From Balanoglossus misakiensis (taxonomy: Eukaryota; Animalia; Hemichordata): a DNA stretch of 64,000 nt. The position numbers and the translations under genes were made by a program. How positions within the stretch are numbered: the first letter of the stretch is position 1; every line of letters starts with the position of its first letter. Of this stretch, positions 31,801 to 43,800 are shown one piece after another. The stretch is from NCBI GenBank assembly GCA_040954595.2, contig CM082588.2, positions 2,454,144-2,518,143 of the forward strand. Reading direction: 5' to 3'. The notes under the pieces are model-generated. The model saw only the letters and a program-made list of their open reading frames with translations, searched no databases and was not told the DNA's origin.

Positions 31801-34800
31801 ACATGATTTAGTTGACTTTTATTTTACAAGAAATGCTCTTGACTAACTTAAGCAGGGCATAATGTTTGCAGTATGTCATTAAATTTTTCAGTCAGCCTCA
31901 GATATGAATGCTCTCAGATTTAGCAGACGATCTGTTTGTAACATACTGTGCTTCTGAAACAATTTTAAATTTTGTGGAGAACGAATTAAGACTGAACTTA
32001 CCCAGGCTTCAGTGAGGAGTCCTAGTGTATGGTTTGCAAAGTTTGAGAAAGAATGATTTGATCGACTTGTAGGTGATGTGTGTCCCGACAGGAACCTGCT
32101 AATGCCACGTGTCTTTAAAAAAAATTACAAGATAAGAAGATTCTGTCGTATTTCGTGAGAATTTTATTTCAGGGACAGCAGCTGTTGCCCATTCATCATG
32201 ATAGTGCTCCGGTATCAAAACTTTGATCTGTGTGTCACGGTTTTAGAGATAAGAGACTGGTTGCTGCATGAGACTGTGGATGTGCAAATATAGGAGCTTT
32301 CTCTGTTCTCCCATTGGTATCTGGACAGTTACCCCCTGGAAGTCATTTCCTCCTCACACATTTCTTATCTGCAATTTTATGTTAGGGCCAAGCTGGGGTA
32401 AATGTCTGCTGGGTAAATGTCCAGGGGGTGACGTGACTATCCTAGAATCATAGCCTCATTGTAACCACATCTGCCTGGACATTCATGAGTGTAAAGAAGT
32501 TGTTCATTGCTATCTCAAATATTAATGGATCTTGTCAACTGATCATTTGTTGAATGAAGTGGAGTAGAATGTTGTTCCCAAATCTCAGGTGTTGACGAGC
32601 TGTTTGATATACTTTCTGCGACAAAGAAGAGACTTTTTGTCATTAGAACATTACCATTTATTAGCATTAAAATAAAAGTTTACATGTGCTGTGCATCTAT
32701 CACTTTACATAATTGTATTTCCATGGTTTTGATCCCTTTCTATTGGCCATCACAGGTTCTTTGATTGGCCAATATTAATTAATTTGGAAAGAATGTAATA
32801 TTAAATATTTCTGTTGTCATCCCACTTTTCCAGTACAAAAACCCACACCCACCTGTGAATATAACTGTTAAAATTAAAATGGTGAGAAGCAAAAACAAAA
32901 TTATAACTTCATAACAATATTAATTTTGATGGGTAAGTCTATCATGTGATTTCAGTGTCCTTATGTTGAAATGTTGATATTAATTTTTCAAGTGTCAGAT
33001 CTAACATTGCCATTGAAAACTGGGTTAAGACCAAAGTTGGAAGTTGTCTGTTAATTTAAGCTGGAACAGTTGGATAGAGTAGTATGCCACTGAAATTGGT
33101 GTACTTGATTTCTCCGCCATGGAAACAGGAACCCCCACTCATCAAGACATACACACGCTCTCCTCTCTTCAGTTGCATCACCGCGCTTCCACTGCCTGTG
33201 GCTTCCATATTCCAGTCGCCCTGGATAAAGGCACTGGCCTCATATTCCTTCTTATCCATGGCCTCGTTGTTCCGCATGATGAAGCCAGTGGCGCTGGGGC
33301 AGTAGCTGGCTTTCATGACGTTCAGTGCGAAAGAATAGACACCGGGAATCTCGCAGATGAAGATGCCTGTCTCCGCGTCATAGTGCCCGCCGATGTTGAG
33401 GCGGACGTCTTCGAACACGACGTTCATTCTGAAGTCAGTGGACTGGTTTGCGCTCAGGGAAACCTGAAATGCCGACTGTGCCTTCTTTGGTTTGACATAC
33501 TTGTTGCACACGACGTCACATGATCCTGTTCCAGCGTCTGAATCTTCTGCCCGTGTCAACGCGAAAAAGACGAAAAACCCCAGTGCTGCAATCAGGGTGA
33601 TTTTACCGAAGGCCATGTTTTACCCCTAGGAAGAACGAGATTAAAATTCCATTCAAATACATGAAACAATATCATAATTCTTGAGATAGCTCCTTTCGGG
33701 GGAAAAAGTATCTTTTGACTTTAGAAAAAGTTGGAAGAAGAATAACAGCTACTCACCACAGTGTGGCAAAAATGATCAGCCTAATGTATGATTCGTTATA
33801 GAATGATTTCTACAGAATACTACAGTCAGCACTGTACTACTAGACAGAAGACCTGACCATGAGGACAGTCTAAAGCCACGTGTCCTTAAACTGTGTGGGA
33901 AAAAATCATAATCACAAGAATGGCTGCACCATTTGTAAATGGCAGCTTTATGTGATATTGATAAAGTTATAAATACAGTCACTATCTGTAAGTCTGCTTT
34001 CAGTGATCATTATCTGTAGTGGTTACAACCGGTGTGTGTGCATGGTACACGTGTTATACCAGGGAATCAAGCATGGTAGATTATTGGTTAACAGTGCAAT
34101 GCTTTACTAGTAGTCATGACAACCATAATTATAGTATTCTCAGTACAGGTGTATATGATGTGGAGTGATAAGACTGGCCGACTTAATATTATTTGGATGT
34201 CAGAGGTCAAGATAGCCATATTTGGAGAGCCTGCTATCAGTATTATATACAGAAGAGTAAACATATTGACAGGTGGTTATTCTTAGTGTTCGGAGAGGAA
34301 ATGATCTCTGGCAGCCATGTTGATAAGAGCTACTGAGACCGGCCATATATTTTAACTGTTCAGCTACTTAATATCCATGAAACTTTTTTGGATCCAGCCG
34401 GCTCATTTCACAGTTTTCATGAACATTGCAGAGAGGGCTGATATCAGAACCACAGAATAATCAACAATAATTGATATAAAAATGTGACTTTATTATCTCA
34501 TTTTAATCAGATCATTATGTTGAACTCTTCAAAGCTTGTACATGTACTAATTTGTTCTTTCACAGATATGTGGATGAAATCTTAAATTTTTTTGGATAAA
34601 GTGTTCTTCTAAAAGACATGAAGTCATGACTTTACTGGAAAGAAAAGATTATTCAAACTCTCAAAAAATTGAATCTAAAAATATTATAAATTAGTTGCAG
34701 TTCTTACTTCATATATTGTCCATTAAAGTTACTGTTTGAATTATATTGTGCACATACTATTTGATTTGCAATCTTCTATATATGTTTTTGTATGTGTGTT

Positions 34801-37800
34801 GAAGCAACTATGCGTCAGCATACAGTAGAAATCCACTGAAATGAGTGTATCTAAACTCAGTACCAAAGAGGCAGGAAGATCTCATCAACGAGGTGTAGAT
34901 GACATCACCCTTTTCGAGTTCAAAGAGGGCGGTCACACTGCCGGAGTCATAACCATCGGTCCTGGCTGTGGCGTGCGCACTGACCTCGTTGAAGAGCGTG
35001 TTTTTGCCGATAAATGCCTGAGTTGTTTGACAGGTGCTCGGTTTGATGATATTCAAATTGAAAACATAGACTCCGGGGATCTCGCAGACGAAGACGCTCT
35101 TGTCTTTGTCCCAATGGCCGCCTATGTTGAGATACACCTCGTCGTATTGGATACGTGTCGACTTCTCAACGATGATGTTGTCTTTGAACGCCACTTGGAA
35201 AGCTGAGCGTGACTGAGGGGGAATAGTTGAAGTGTACTTCTGGCAACTGTCTGCACAATCTTCTGAAACGCCTTCAGAGTTTTCTCCGACGGTCACACCA
35301 ACAATCACCAGAAATGCAAGGACTGTTGCCAAAGCGTTTACTCTTAGTGCCATGTTGAAAAATCTGAGAAAAGAGTAATTCAAAAGTTTCCAGTTTAAAG
35401 AATATGTCTGATCATCACCCAATGCAGAGAATAAGTTGTAGAAAAAATGGAGATTGTCGCTTCAAAATTTGACTCAACCATACAACACATGTTATACTTT
35501 TAAGTATTAAAAGTATCTTCAGAATTCAGTAAAAGCATTATAACATTGAAGTTTTGTTGAAGGAAGGCACAGAAAGTGTTTGAGATGAACAAAATAAACT
35601 TATACAGATTGATCCACTCACCTGTGAAAATATCGTTTCTCTGGTGGTGTGGAAAAACTGCACAGTCAACCTGGCAATAGTGATCTGGAACTCACGAAAG
35701 CACACCACATCGACTGTTCTGACTCCAATGGTTAGATACACGTGGCCTTACGCAGAGTGTGGGAAAAATTTATGTGGACACAGCCCGTCATTTTGTATTG
35801 ATAATCAGATGTTGATAGTTTCATTCATATCAATGAATATCATCTCATTGATAAAAGTCCAAGATAACTATACGACCCTGCAAGTGGTATGTCAGCCATT
35901 CACAAAGGTGTGGTTATTTACGGTCAACTTCATTCAGCTTTTTAGGAAGTACTCCTACAAAGTATTTGTCTGGTTCATGGATGATAAAGGTTGAAGGTGT
36001 ACATACAATTCCCAGTGTAATCCAAAATCACTCAAAAGCTGCAGCATATAGAAAATTAAATGTGTGTGTAAATACCGAAAACTGAGCAATTCTATATGTA
36101 TCACAGAGCAGAACAAGCAACCACAGTTGATACCCAAAACAGAAACACTGAGAAAATAATTGGAGTTACTTGTTCTTTAATAGAGTACAAAATGTTGCTT
36201 TGTTCAGGTTACAGGTAACCAGTGCTTTGCTGAAAAAACACCCACAAGGACTCCCAGCAGAAGAAATTCAACCTTTCCTCTCTGTTCTACATCAGTTGCT
36301 AACACAAACAAAGAGGTAATTTCACCAGTGATATTTTCGTCTTTTTGAGGCGCTTACTTCCAAGACTCTGTGGAGCAAATGTGTGGCAAGATAGTCCACT
36401 CGGGAAATATAATAATTTTTCTGATTATATTTTATTCAGAAGTGATGTCACAAGCTGGTTGCTAGAATGTCTACAGTCCTTGGCTGTTTGTCAAAGCTAT
36501 CAACAACACAATCACTTCACTACAGAGGTGTGTGCTGCACTCTGGAATAAAACATGGACAGCTACACTAAGGTTAGTCTTCTGCCTTTGATAAAAAGAAG
36601 TGAAATTTTAGTGAAATAATTAGTTTTTCTTTGAATTATTATATTTTAAAATCTGTAATTTCAGAACAATCAGTTTACACCATACAGAAGCCAAAGGATT
36701 CGATCTGATCCGAACTTTGATTGAAAAAAATCTAGTCACTGCCGATAAGGAGATCTGGAGACTTTTGGCGCAAGGAAAATGTCAGCTAAGTCAGTAAGTG
36801 GGAATTAAATCACTTAAATCCAAGGTTTTGAATTCAGAGAATGCACTCCAATGTTTCATGGCTGATGTTCATATCTCCAACAGATCTGCCGTCCACTGTC
36901 TTGCAACACTGCTGAAACACTGCCCTTTACCAGAGAACCTCCAACCAACTGCAGCTGTTGGCATGGCAACAGTGCCTAGCGACAGGTGCCCTCTGAGGCA
37001 TCACCTCCTAAAATGGCTTCTGCCGGTTGACGATGATGCGGAGATTGCGGAGAAAACAGTGAAAGTGGTCAACAGGTATGAGTTGTTCTTAAGATATTGT
37101 TCCCCCTGTTGTGTACTTGGGGTTGAAATTCCTTATCTATTTCCCTTGGTGCTAAGTTATCTTTGAAGTTATCATTGCAATAGTCTGACCTCTGATCTCA
37201 TTGACACTTTCTTACACTTCAGACCAGACATAAACCTGCTAGCAGAAATGTTGGCCATCCTGACACAGCGACACACCAACGCAACCTCATGGAAGGCAGC
37301 CCCTGAACAGAACAGTTCACGGGACTTGGAGCTTGTCTACCTGAAATCCACCTTTGACTTCGATTCCACCCTCTTTTCCGAGTCAAAACCTCAATCAGAG
37401 ACTGGAACGACAAATACCAGTATGAAGACAGTTTTGAAATCACTTATCAAAACCATGGAAGCCATTGGAAACCAATATTTGGAGAACCAATCATCAGAGG
37501 TATATATAAAGCTAGTTTTTCCCAAAGGGTGTTGAGTCCACAACCAACAACCCTTATACAACCTCTGAATAATATTGTTTTGTATTTCAGGCAGCCCAAC
37601 TACAGGACATCATCCATCACTGTGCCGTGGTTGTCAGGGTGATAGCACTGTTGCTAGGTTACCAGGCTGTTGGCAAAGAAGAAGTGAAGGATTCTAGGTT
37701 GTTTGAACAGCTCCGGGTGAGACAGTCCTTACACTCTTATATTGATGCAGCTTTAGCATCTCTGATTTTCATTTATCTTTTATAAATCTTCTGGCACGGA

Positions 37801-40800
37801 AATAATTCCATAATTAATTTTGTACATTAGGTATTGTTCAAGAGGACATCTGACACTGTGAGAGATTTGCGGGCCAGGAGAGAAACTGAACTGACCGACA
37901 AAACACAGAGTTTGTCAGTAATAACTAAAACCTTGACAGAGCTATACACCTGGGATTTCACTTCAAATCTCGATTTAAATAACGCATCAAAAATGAAAGA
38001 TGCCGTTGATTGGATGGCAAGCAACTGCAGACGTTTCACGCAACCAGATCTCATGGATGGTATACTCGAAACAGCCAAAACAAAGGTACGTACATCACCA
38101 CGGTCAGACTTCATTTTGCATTGGTACGTTTGATTGGTCAGTTGACATGACATTTCATTTGATTGGCTGATCAGATTTTGAGTGTGATTAAAGGTTGATG
38201 TTTTGTGTGTTTAGAGCTTTAGCAGGTCAGTTTCCATGGCAACCGCTGCTGACATTGATGATAACTTCATGGATGTGGATTTGCATGAGAGCCGAGCAGT
38301 GGATGATTTTGATTTTGATGTTCCTGAAGAGACAACTGAGTCTGCGGATGCAATTGACACCACACAAAACACGGGTAAAGGAAATTTTATTGGTTGTAAG
38401 ACAACTCATATCTTTGGTATCATATTGGTTTTAATTCAGTCTTTATAGCTAATTACCAACAGGATTACACTACATGCAAATGATTTTATGATTGTCTTTT
38501 TTTCCAAATATATAGTATTGAAAGATTAAACTACAATAAAATTTTGGTCTTCAAAGTAATGTTGTTAGAATACTACAAAGTTCAGAACTATACTGACAGA
38601 CAAACTTCTCCAGAAAACACTAACAGATTGTGCACAATCTTACTCTCCGGAAGTTGAGTTAGTGTGGAACAGCATATACCCGTTAAATAGTGTATTGTCA
38701 TTACTGTACATACTGTGACCTTTAGGAATTCTGACCCACACTTCATCGCCAATCTCCAGTTCCATGATGATGCTGTTTGAGGCTGAACGGAAATCTTGCT
38801 TGTCAGGGTTGATTTGGAGACAAGTCTTCACTGATACGTTTTTCATCAGACATATGTGCAAGTCACCGTTATTGAGTTTTTGACCGGAGAAGGCGAAGAA
38901 ATAAACGCCGTCGACGGAACATGTAAATTTACCTGTTGTACTATTGTAACCATTGCCTATGTTCACGTGAACATTATCATAAATGATTGCGGAATCTTCT
39001 GGCGCGTTGTTGAGAAGGTTTGACTTTGCTGCCGAGAAGGCTATTCCGGTTGTCGTTAGAACTTCCCCCGGATTCCCCATAGGTCCTACTGGACCTGTTT
39101 CACCAACATCGCCCTTTAACCCACTTTCTCCTTTGGATCCCTTTTCGCCAGAACTTCCCTTCTCGCCTTTCTCGCCAATCTGACCTTCACCCGTTGCACC
39201 TGGCATTCCAGGGAAGCCTACTTCTCCAGGCAGACCTGGTGGACCTTGTGGCCCAGGTGGACCTTCAATGCCAGAAGCGCCTTCAAAAAAGAGAAAAGAA
39301 ATAAAGGATACATGATTATCAAGGCCAATTGACCATGAAAGCCAATACATGTATATTGAAATGTACCTGAATAAAATTATGAACTCCGATGAAGTTGAAT
39401 TGGAGAAGGAGACTCTACAATGAAAGGGATGTAAGGGTTTGGCGCTTTTCCCAATACACTTCCATGGTTTTCAATTGAAAGGTTTGACCATGCAGTCCTC
39501 AGAGGGTCTATGACCAAGACTTCAATTTATGCCTTTCTCACCTCTCTCACATTCACCCTTTGGGCCCGGTTTTCCAGGGAAACCTTGTAAGCCAATCGCA
39601 CCTGGCGGACCTTGTGGACCTGCATTGCCAGGAATTCCTGGACATGGGAAGAAGCAATATAAGGGGGGAAAATATTAACAAAAAAATTGGTAGTCCAATT
39701 TGTGGATTGATTACAGACATAGGGAATGCTCTTTTAAGAAAAAAAATCAAGTTCTATGTTTCAGTAATAAATGGGTCTTGTAGACATTGAGAAACAAGGA
39801 CAGAATAATGTATTACCTGGACTGCCTGGGCTTCCTGGAATACCCGGAATGCCAGAAATAATGTTTCCACAATGATGTCTGTCAAAGTGGAAATGCCCAG
39901 AGTCAGGGCCATCATTGGTGTGTCCATTGAGCTGCTCTGCAGCCAAACATGGCAAAAGTTGACAAACAGAAACAAGACTGTAACATTGTAACAGTTTGAC
40001 CAGTGTCAGGCCTGTGGGTATCTTCATGGTTGATCTTGGAGGGCTATCAAAATGTGATATTGGCTCTCTCTCCTGCTTGGAGCTTTCGCACTCTGGAGAT
40101 GTTTGTGCAGTTGACAAAACTCTTCTGTCTAATGTATGCATTCTGGATTGCAGGCTGTAGCCTGATTCGGAACTTCCACAGAATTCAGGATAACATTAAA
40201 TAAACTGTAGAGCTAAATTCGGTCTTCTCCGGAAGTTCTGTTTAGCAATGATAAGGCCGGCAGTGGTTATCCTTCCTTTGCAAAGCACTGTACGCAATGC
40301 CGAATTTCATCTACATTGAAAGTGAATGTAGATTGATGTAAAAATTAAATTGAAGGAGTTTGATCTAAAGATATAGCCAGTATTCCTATATTACTAATAG
40401 ATGCATATATATGTACACCAAAACTGACAGTGGTAATTTCATGCCAATTTTCTAATTCTTTTTAACTTCCATTCAGCATGTATGAGCTTGTTGAATGTTG
40501 ATCATCTGACTGAACAACAGTCGCTGTGTGTCGATAGTATCAAGTTGCTGTGCGCATGGTGTACTGGGGGATTCACGAACAAGTACTCGTCTGGTCAGAT
40601 CAACCCGGATGCCATCAAAGAACATCTGTTGGGGTTGCTTGATGAAAAGGTAAGATCCTGTCTGTAAGTGTTTCACGGTCGACACATCTCAACAATCCAT
40701 AGGAGACGTTTCTCTCCTTTTGATAGCCATCACTTTGTATCTTTACAACAGTGCCAAATGAATTGGATTCTTTCCACACACAATGTCGGTTTGGTTGAAT

Positions 40801-43800
40801 GCATTTTCATGGAATTGATATTTGATACTTCTGTTGCAGGTTTTTGATCCATACAAACCATTGGATTTACAGAGAGTAAGTTTCACATTTACAAATTTAT
40901 TCTTTATTCTATTTTTGGTAAAGACATCTTATACGAGTTTCATGTGGCAAGCTGGACAAGCGTGATAATAAAGACACTGATATCAAGGCCTTGACATAAA
41001 TATACAGGAGCTGAAAGACCTTGCACTTGAGAAGGAAGGAAGGAAACAGAAATTGTGCTTGATAATCTGTTTGACCCACTTCTCTAGTGTGTGTCCTGAT
41101 CTTGATATACAAGAGGATATTCTCCCATTTATTTGTAAATGTAAATTATATTTTTACATAGAACATATTGATTATGACTTGTCTGTTGTCATCCATAGCT
41201 GCTAGCAGTCAGTACAGGACTCCTCTCAGCAAACAGCCATGGCACAGATTCTGAATTAGAAGCTGTTGTTATGACTCTGAAGTAAGTACTATGCCAAGAA
41301 ATATTCTTTGATTACCAAAGTATTAAACTTGAACTCACAGATCTCCAACGACTCCTGTATATCACTACAATATCTGATTTTTAGAACCAACAAAGTGACC
41401 TTTTAATGGTTTGTTTTCTTTCTTTCTCTCTTTCAGACAAGTTGCCTCAGTCCACAGAAAGGATCAAGAAATTTGTTCCAATATTCTAAAAATACTGGGA
41501 ATTGTCATTCCCCGCTTACACTGCGCAGGAGGAAAAATCTCTGATGAACTTCAGAATGCTAGGGAGTTTGTAGTGCACCTGGTCTCTGTCTTCTGGTATG
41601 TGTTTTGAATAGAACTCTGATTGTATGAGACATACTCAAGACTAAAACATTAATTGTGTTTATTAGAAGGGATTTGGCTGAATGTTTTTTATGCACAGGC
41701 TTCCTTGCTGTATGAATCAGTACAGTTTGAATCCCGCATGTGTAATCTCATGTGGTTGTTGGTTTTTGCATCTCGTGTGGTTTTATTTGTTCCCAGGCAA
41801 CTCCAGAAGGATGGCCAGTATTCCACGCCAGTCAGACGTGACCTAGCCAAGTGCATACAGGCGTTTGTACAAGTCGACCCAAGAGGAACCTGGGCAGTGA
41901 TGAAGCAAGCAGCAAGAGGAAGAGGAGACGAGGAGGGCGCTGATACAACTGCACTGGCTGAGTTCTTTCCTGACATCCTGAAGGATAAGAACCATGGGAT
42001 ACGAATGCTGGTTGCCGAGGCCATTCCTTGGTAAATTTACACACACACAAGTACAATAATCATCACAAAAAGTTAAGCTGTTTCAATTAAGGTTGGCAAA
42101 ATGAAACAGTGGTAGCATATGACAAAACACAAGCTAATTTTCTTAATAATTTTTTCTTTCCTTCTCACTCCGCAGTCTGTTTGTGCAATGTGGGGACCAC
42201 GGATCCATGCCAGTGTCGACAGATCTACAGGATAAAGCCTTCGCTCAAGTCTTAGAGAGAGTCCAAGAAGCTGCTTCTGTGCCTGTAAGTTGTTCAAATT
42301 CCAGCAGTCAAGAAGGTGAAATATTCAAACTATCAGTCATTCTGGAGCCTGCAAGCACTTCACAATAACCTAAATGATCAAGCTAAATCGTGACATTTTT
42401 TTTTGAAATTTGCAGGACAGACTGCAGGCAGAGGAACATGCAGATGAATGGAACAACAGAGCAGCAAGCCTTCTTAAAACCCTGTCAACCATTGCCTGCA
42501 TCAGTCCAGTTTGTGAAAAACCATGCATCTTTGCATTGATCCAGTGCATCAAAGAAAACAATATCGATCTCACTCTGATGAAGAAGGTGAGAAAATACAA
42601 TGGTATCATTGCATGCCTTTGTCAAAAGCTGGACAGATGGAAGTTAGTAAATTTCTCTCTTTAACCATTTGTTGAGAATCATCTATAAATTTGACAGATA
42701 ACTTTACATTTTGATGTTCTAGGTTTTACGAGAGACTTCATCTCACCTGAAGTATCCTACCATCCAAAGTTTGCTGGAATCTCATCTTGGATATATTGTA
42801 TCCAGTTGGCTGGAGGTTGGTTACTCTCTGAGTGAGTTACCATACAAACTGTTGGATTGTGAAACAAGGGTCATGTTTTACAGGTGAGCTAACAAAGTTC
42901 TAAGAAGAGTAAGGATTGGGGTTGTCTCGTCTACAGATGTGTGTATGGGTCCCATACAACAAGTCATGCATATGTCTTTGAGTGAAAAATTATACTGATT
43001 TTAGCTTTACTAAAATTGTGTTTGTTTCCTTCTGCAGACAGTACTACAAAGTTTTGATCCCGTACCTGGTCATGAACAACAAAATGGACAAAGTGGAATC
43101 GCTTGGCCGGGAATTGAACCAGGAATGGGTTGAGCTGATCAAGGAATGTTTCCCGCAAATCATTGTGCATATCATTCCGACATTTTCCCATCGCCGGGAA
43201 GGAGACACTGTAACTGAGGAACTGAAGAGAAGGAAAACTCATGCCACTCAAATCCTGAACAAGATTCAGCAGATTCTCACACAGCAGGTGTGTACACACC
43301 CCTCTAATCTTTCCCTTGTTGAATACACCCCTGTATTTCAGTGTTGTATCAGTGTCTGAAAGAGATTTTCCATAAATTCATTGTAGGTAATGGAAAGACT
43401 GATACAAAGCAGCCTGGATGAGATTGTGGTGGAGCTGTTGATGACTTTACATGAACCGTATTCAGAAAACAGTGATATTGGTCAGTTTGTCAAGTAAGTT
43501 AATTTCATTTTTAGTATCATTTAAAGAACAGATATTTCATTTATGATTAATTTAATATTCTATCTACCATGTATTTATTTTCTCAGAGACACAGATCCCA
43601 AACCAAATCCACCCTACTTCACATCATACACCATTAAAGCTACCTTGGATTATCTTACTGGTTGTCACCAAGGCAGCAAGTCATTGGTGGCACTGCTTTC
43701 TAAATCACAGGTTAGTACTAGTATTCCATCATATACATGAATGTGTATGTACGGTATGTGTGTGTGCTTGCTAGTATGCTATACTATGCATGCATACTTG

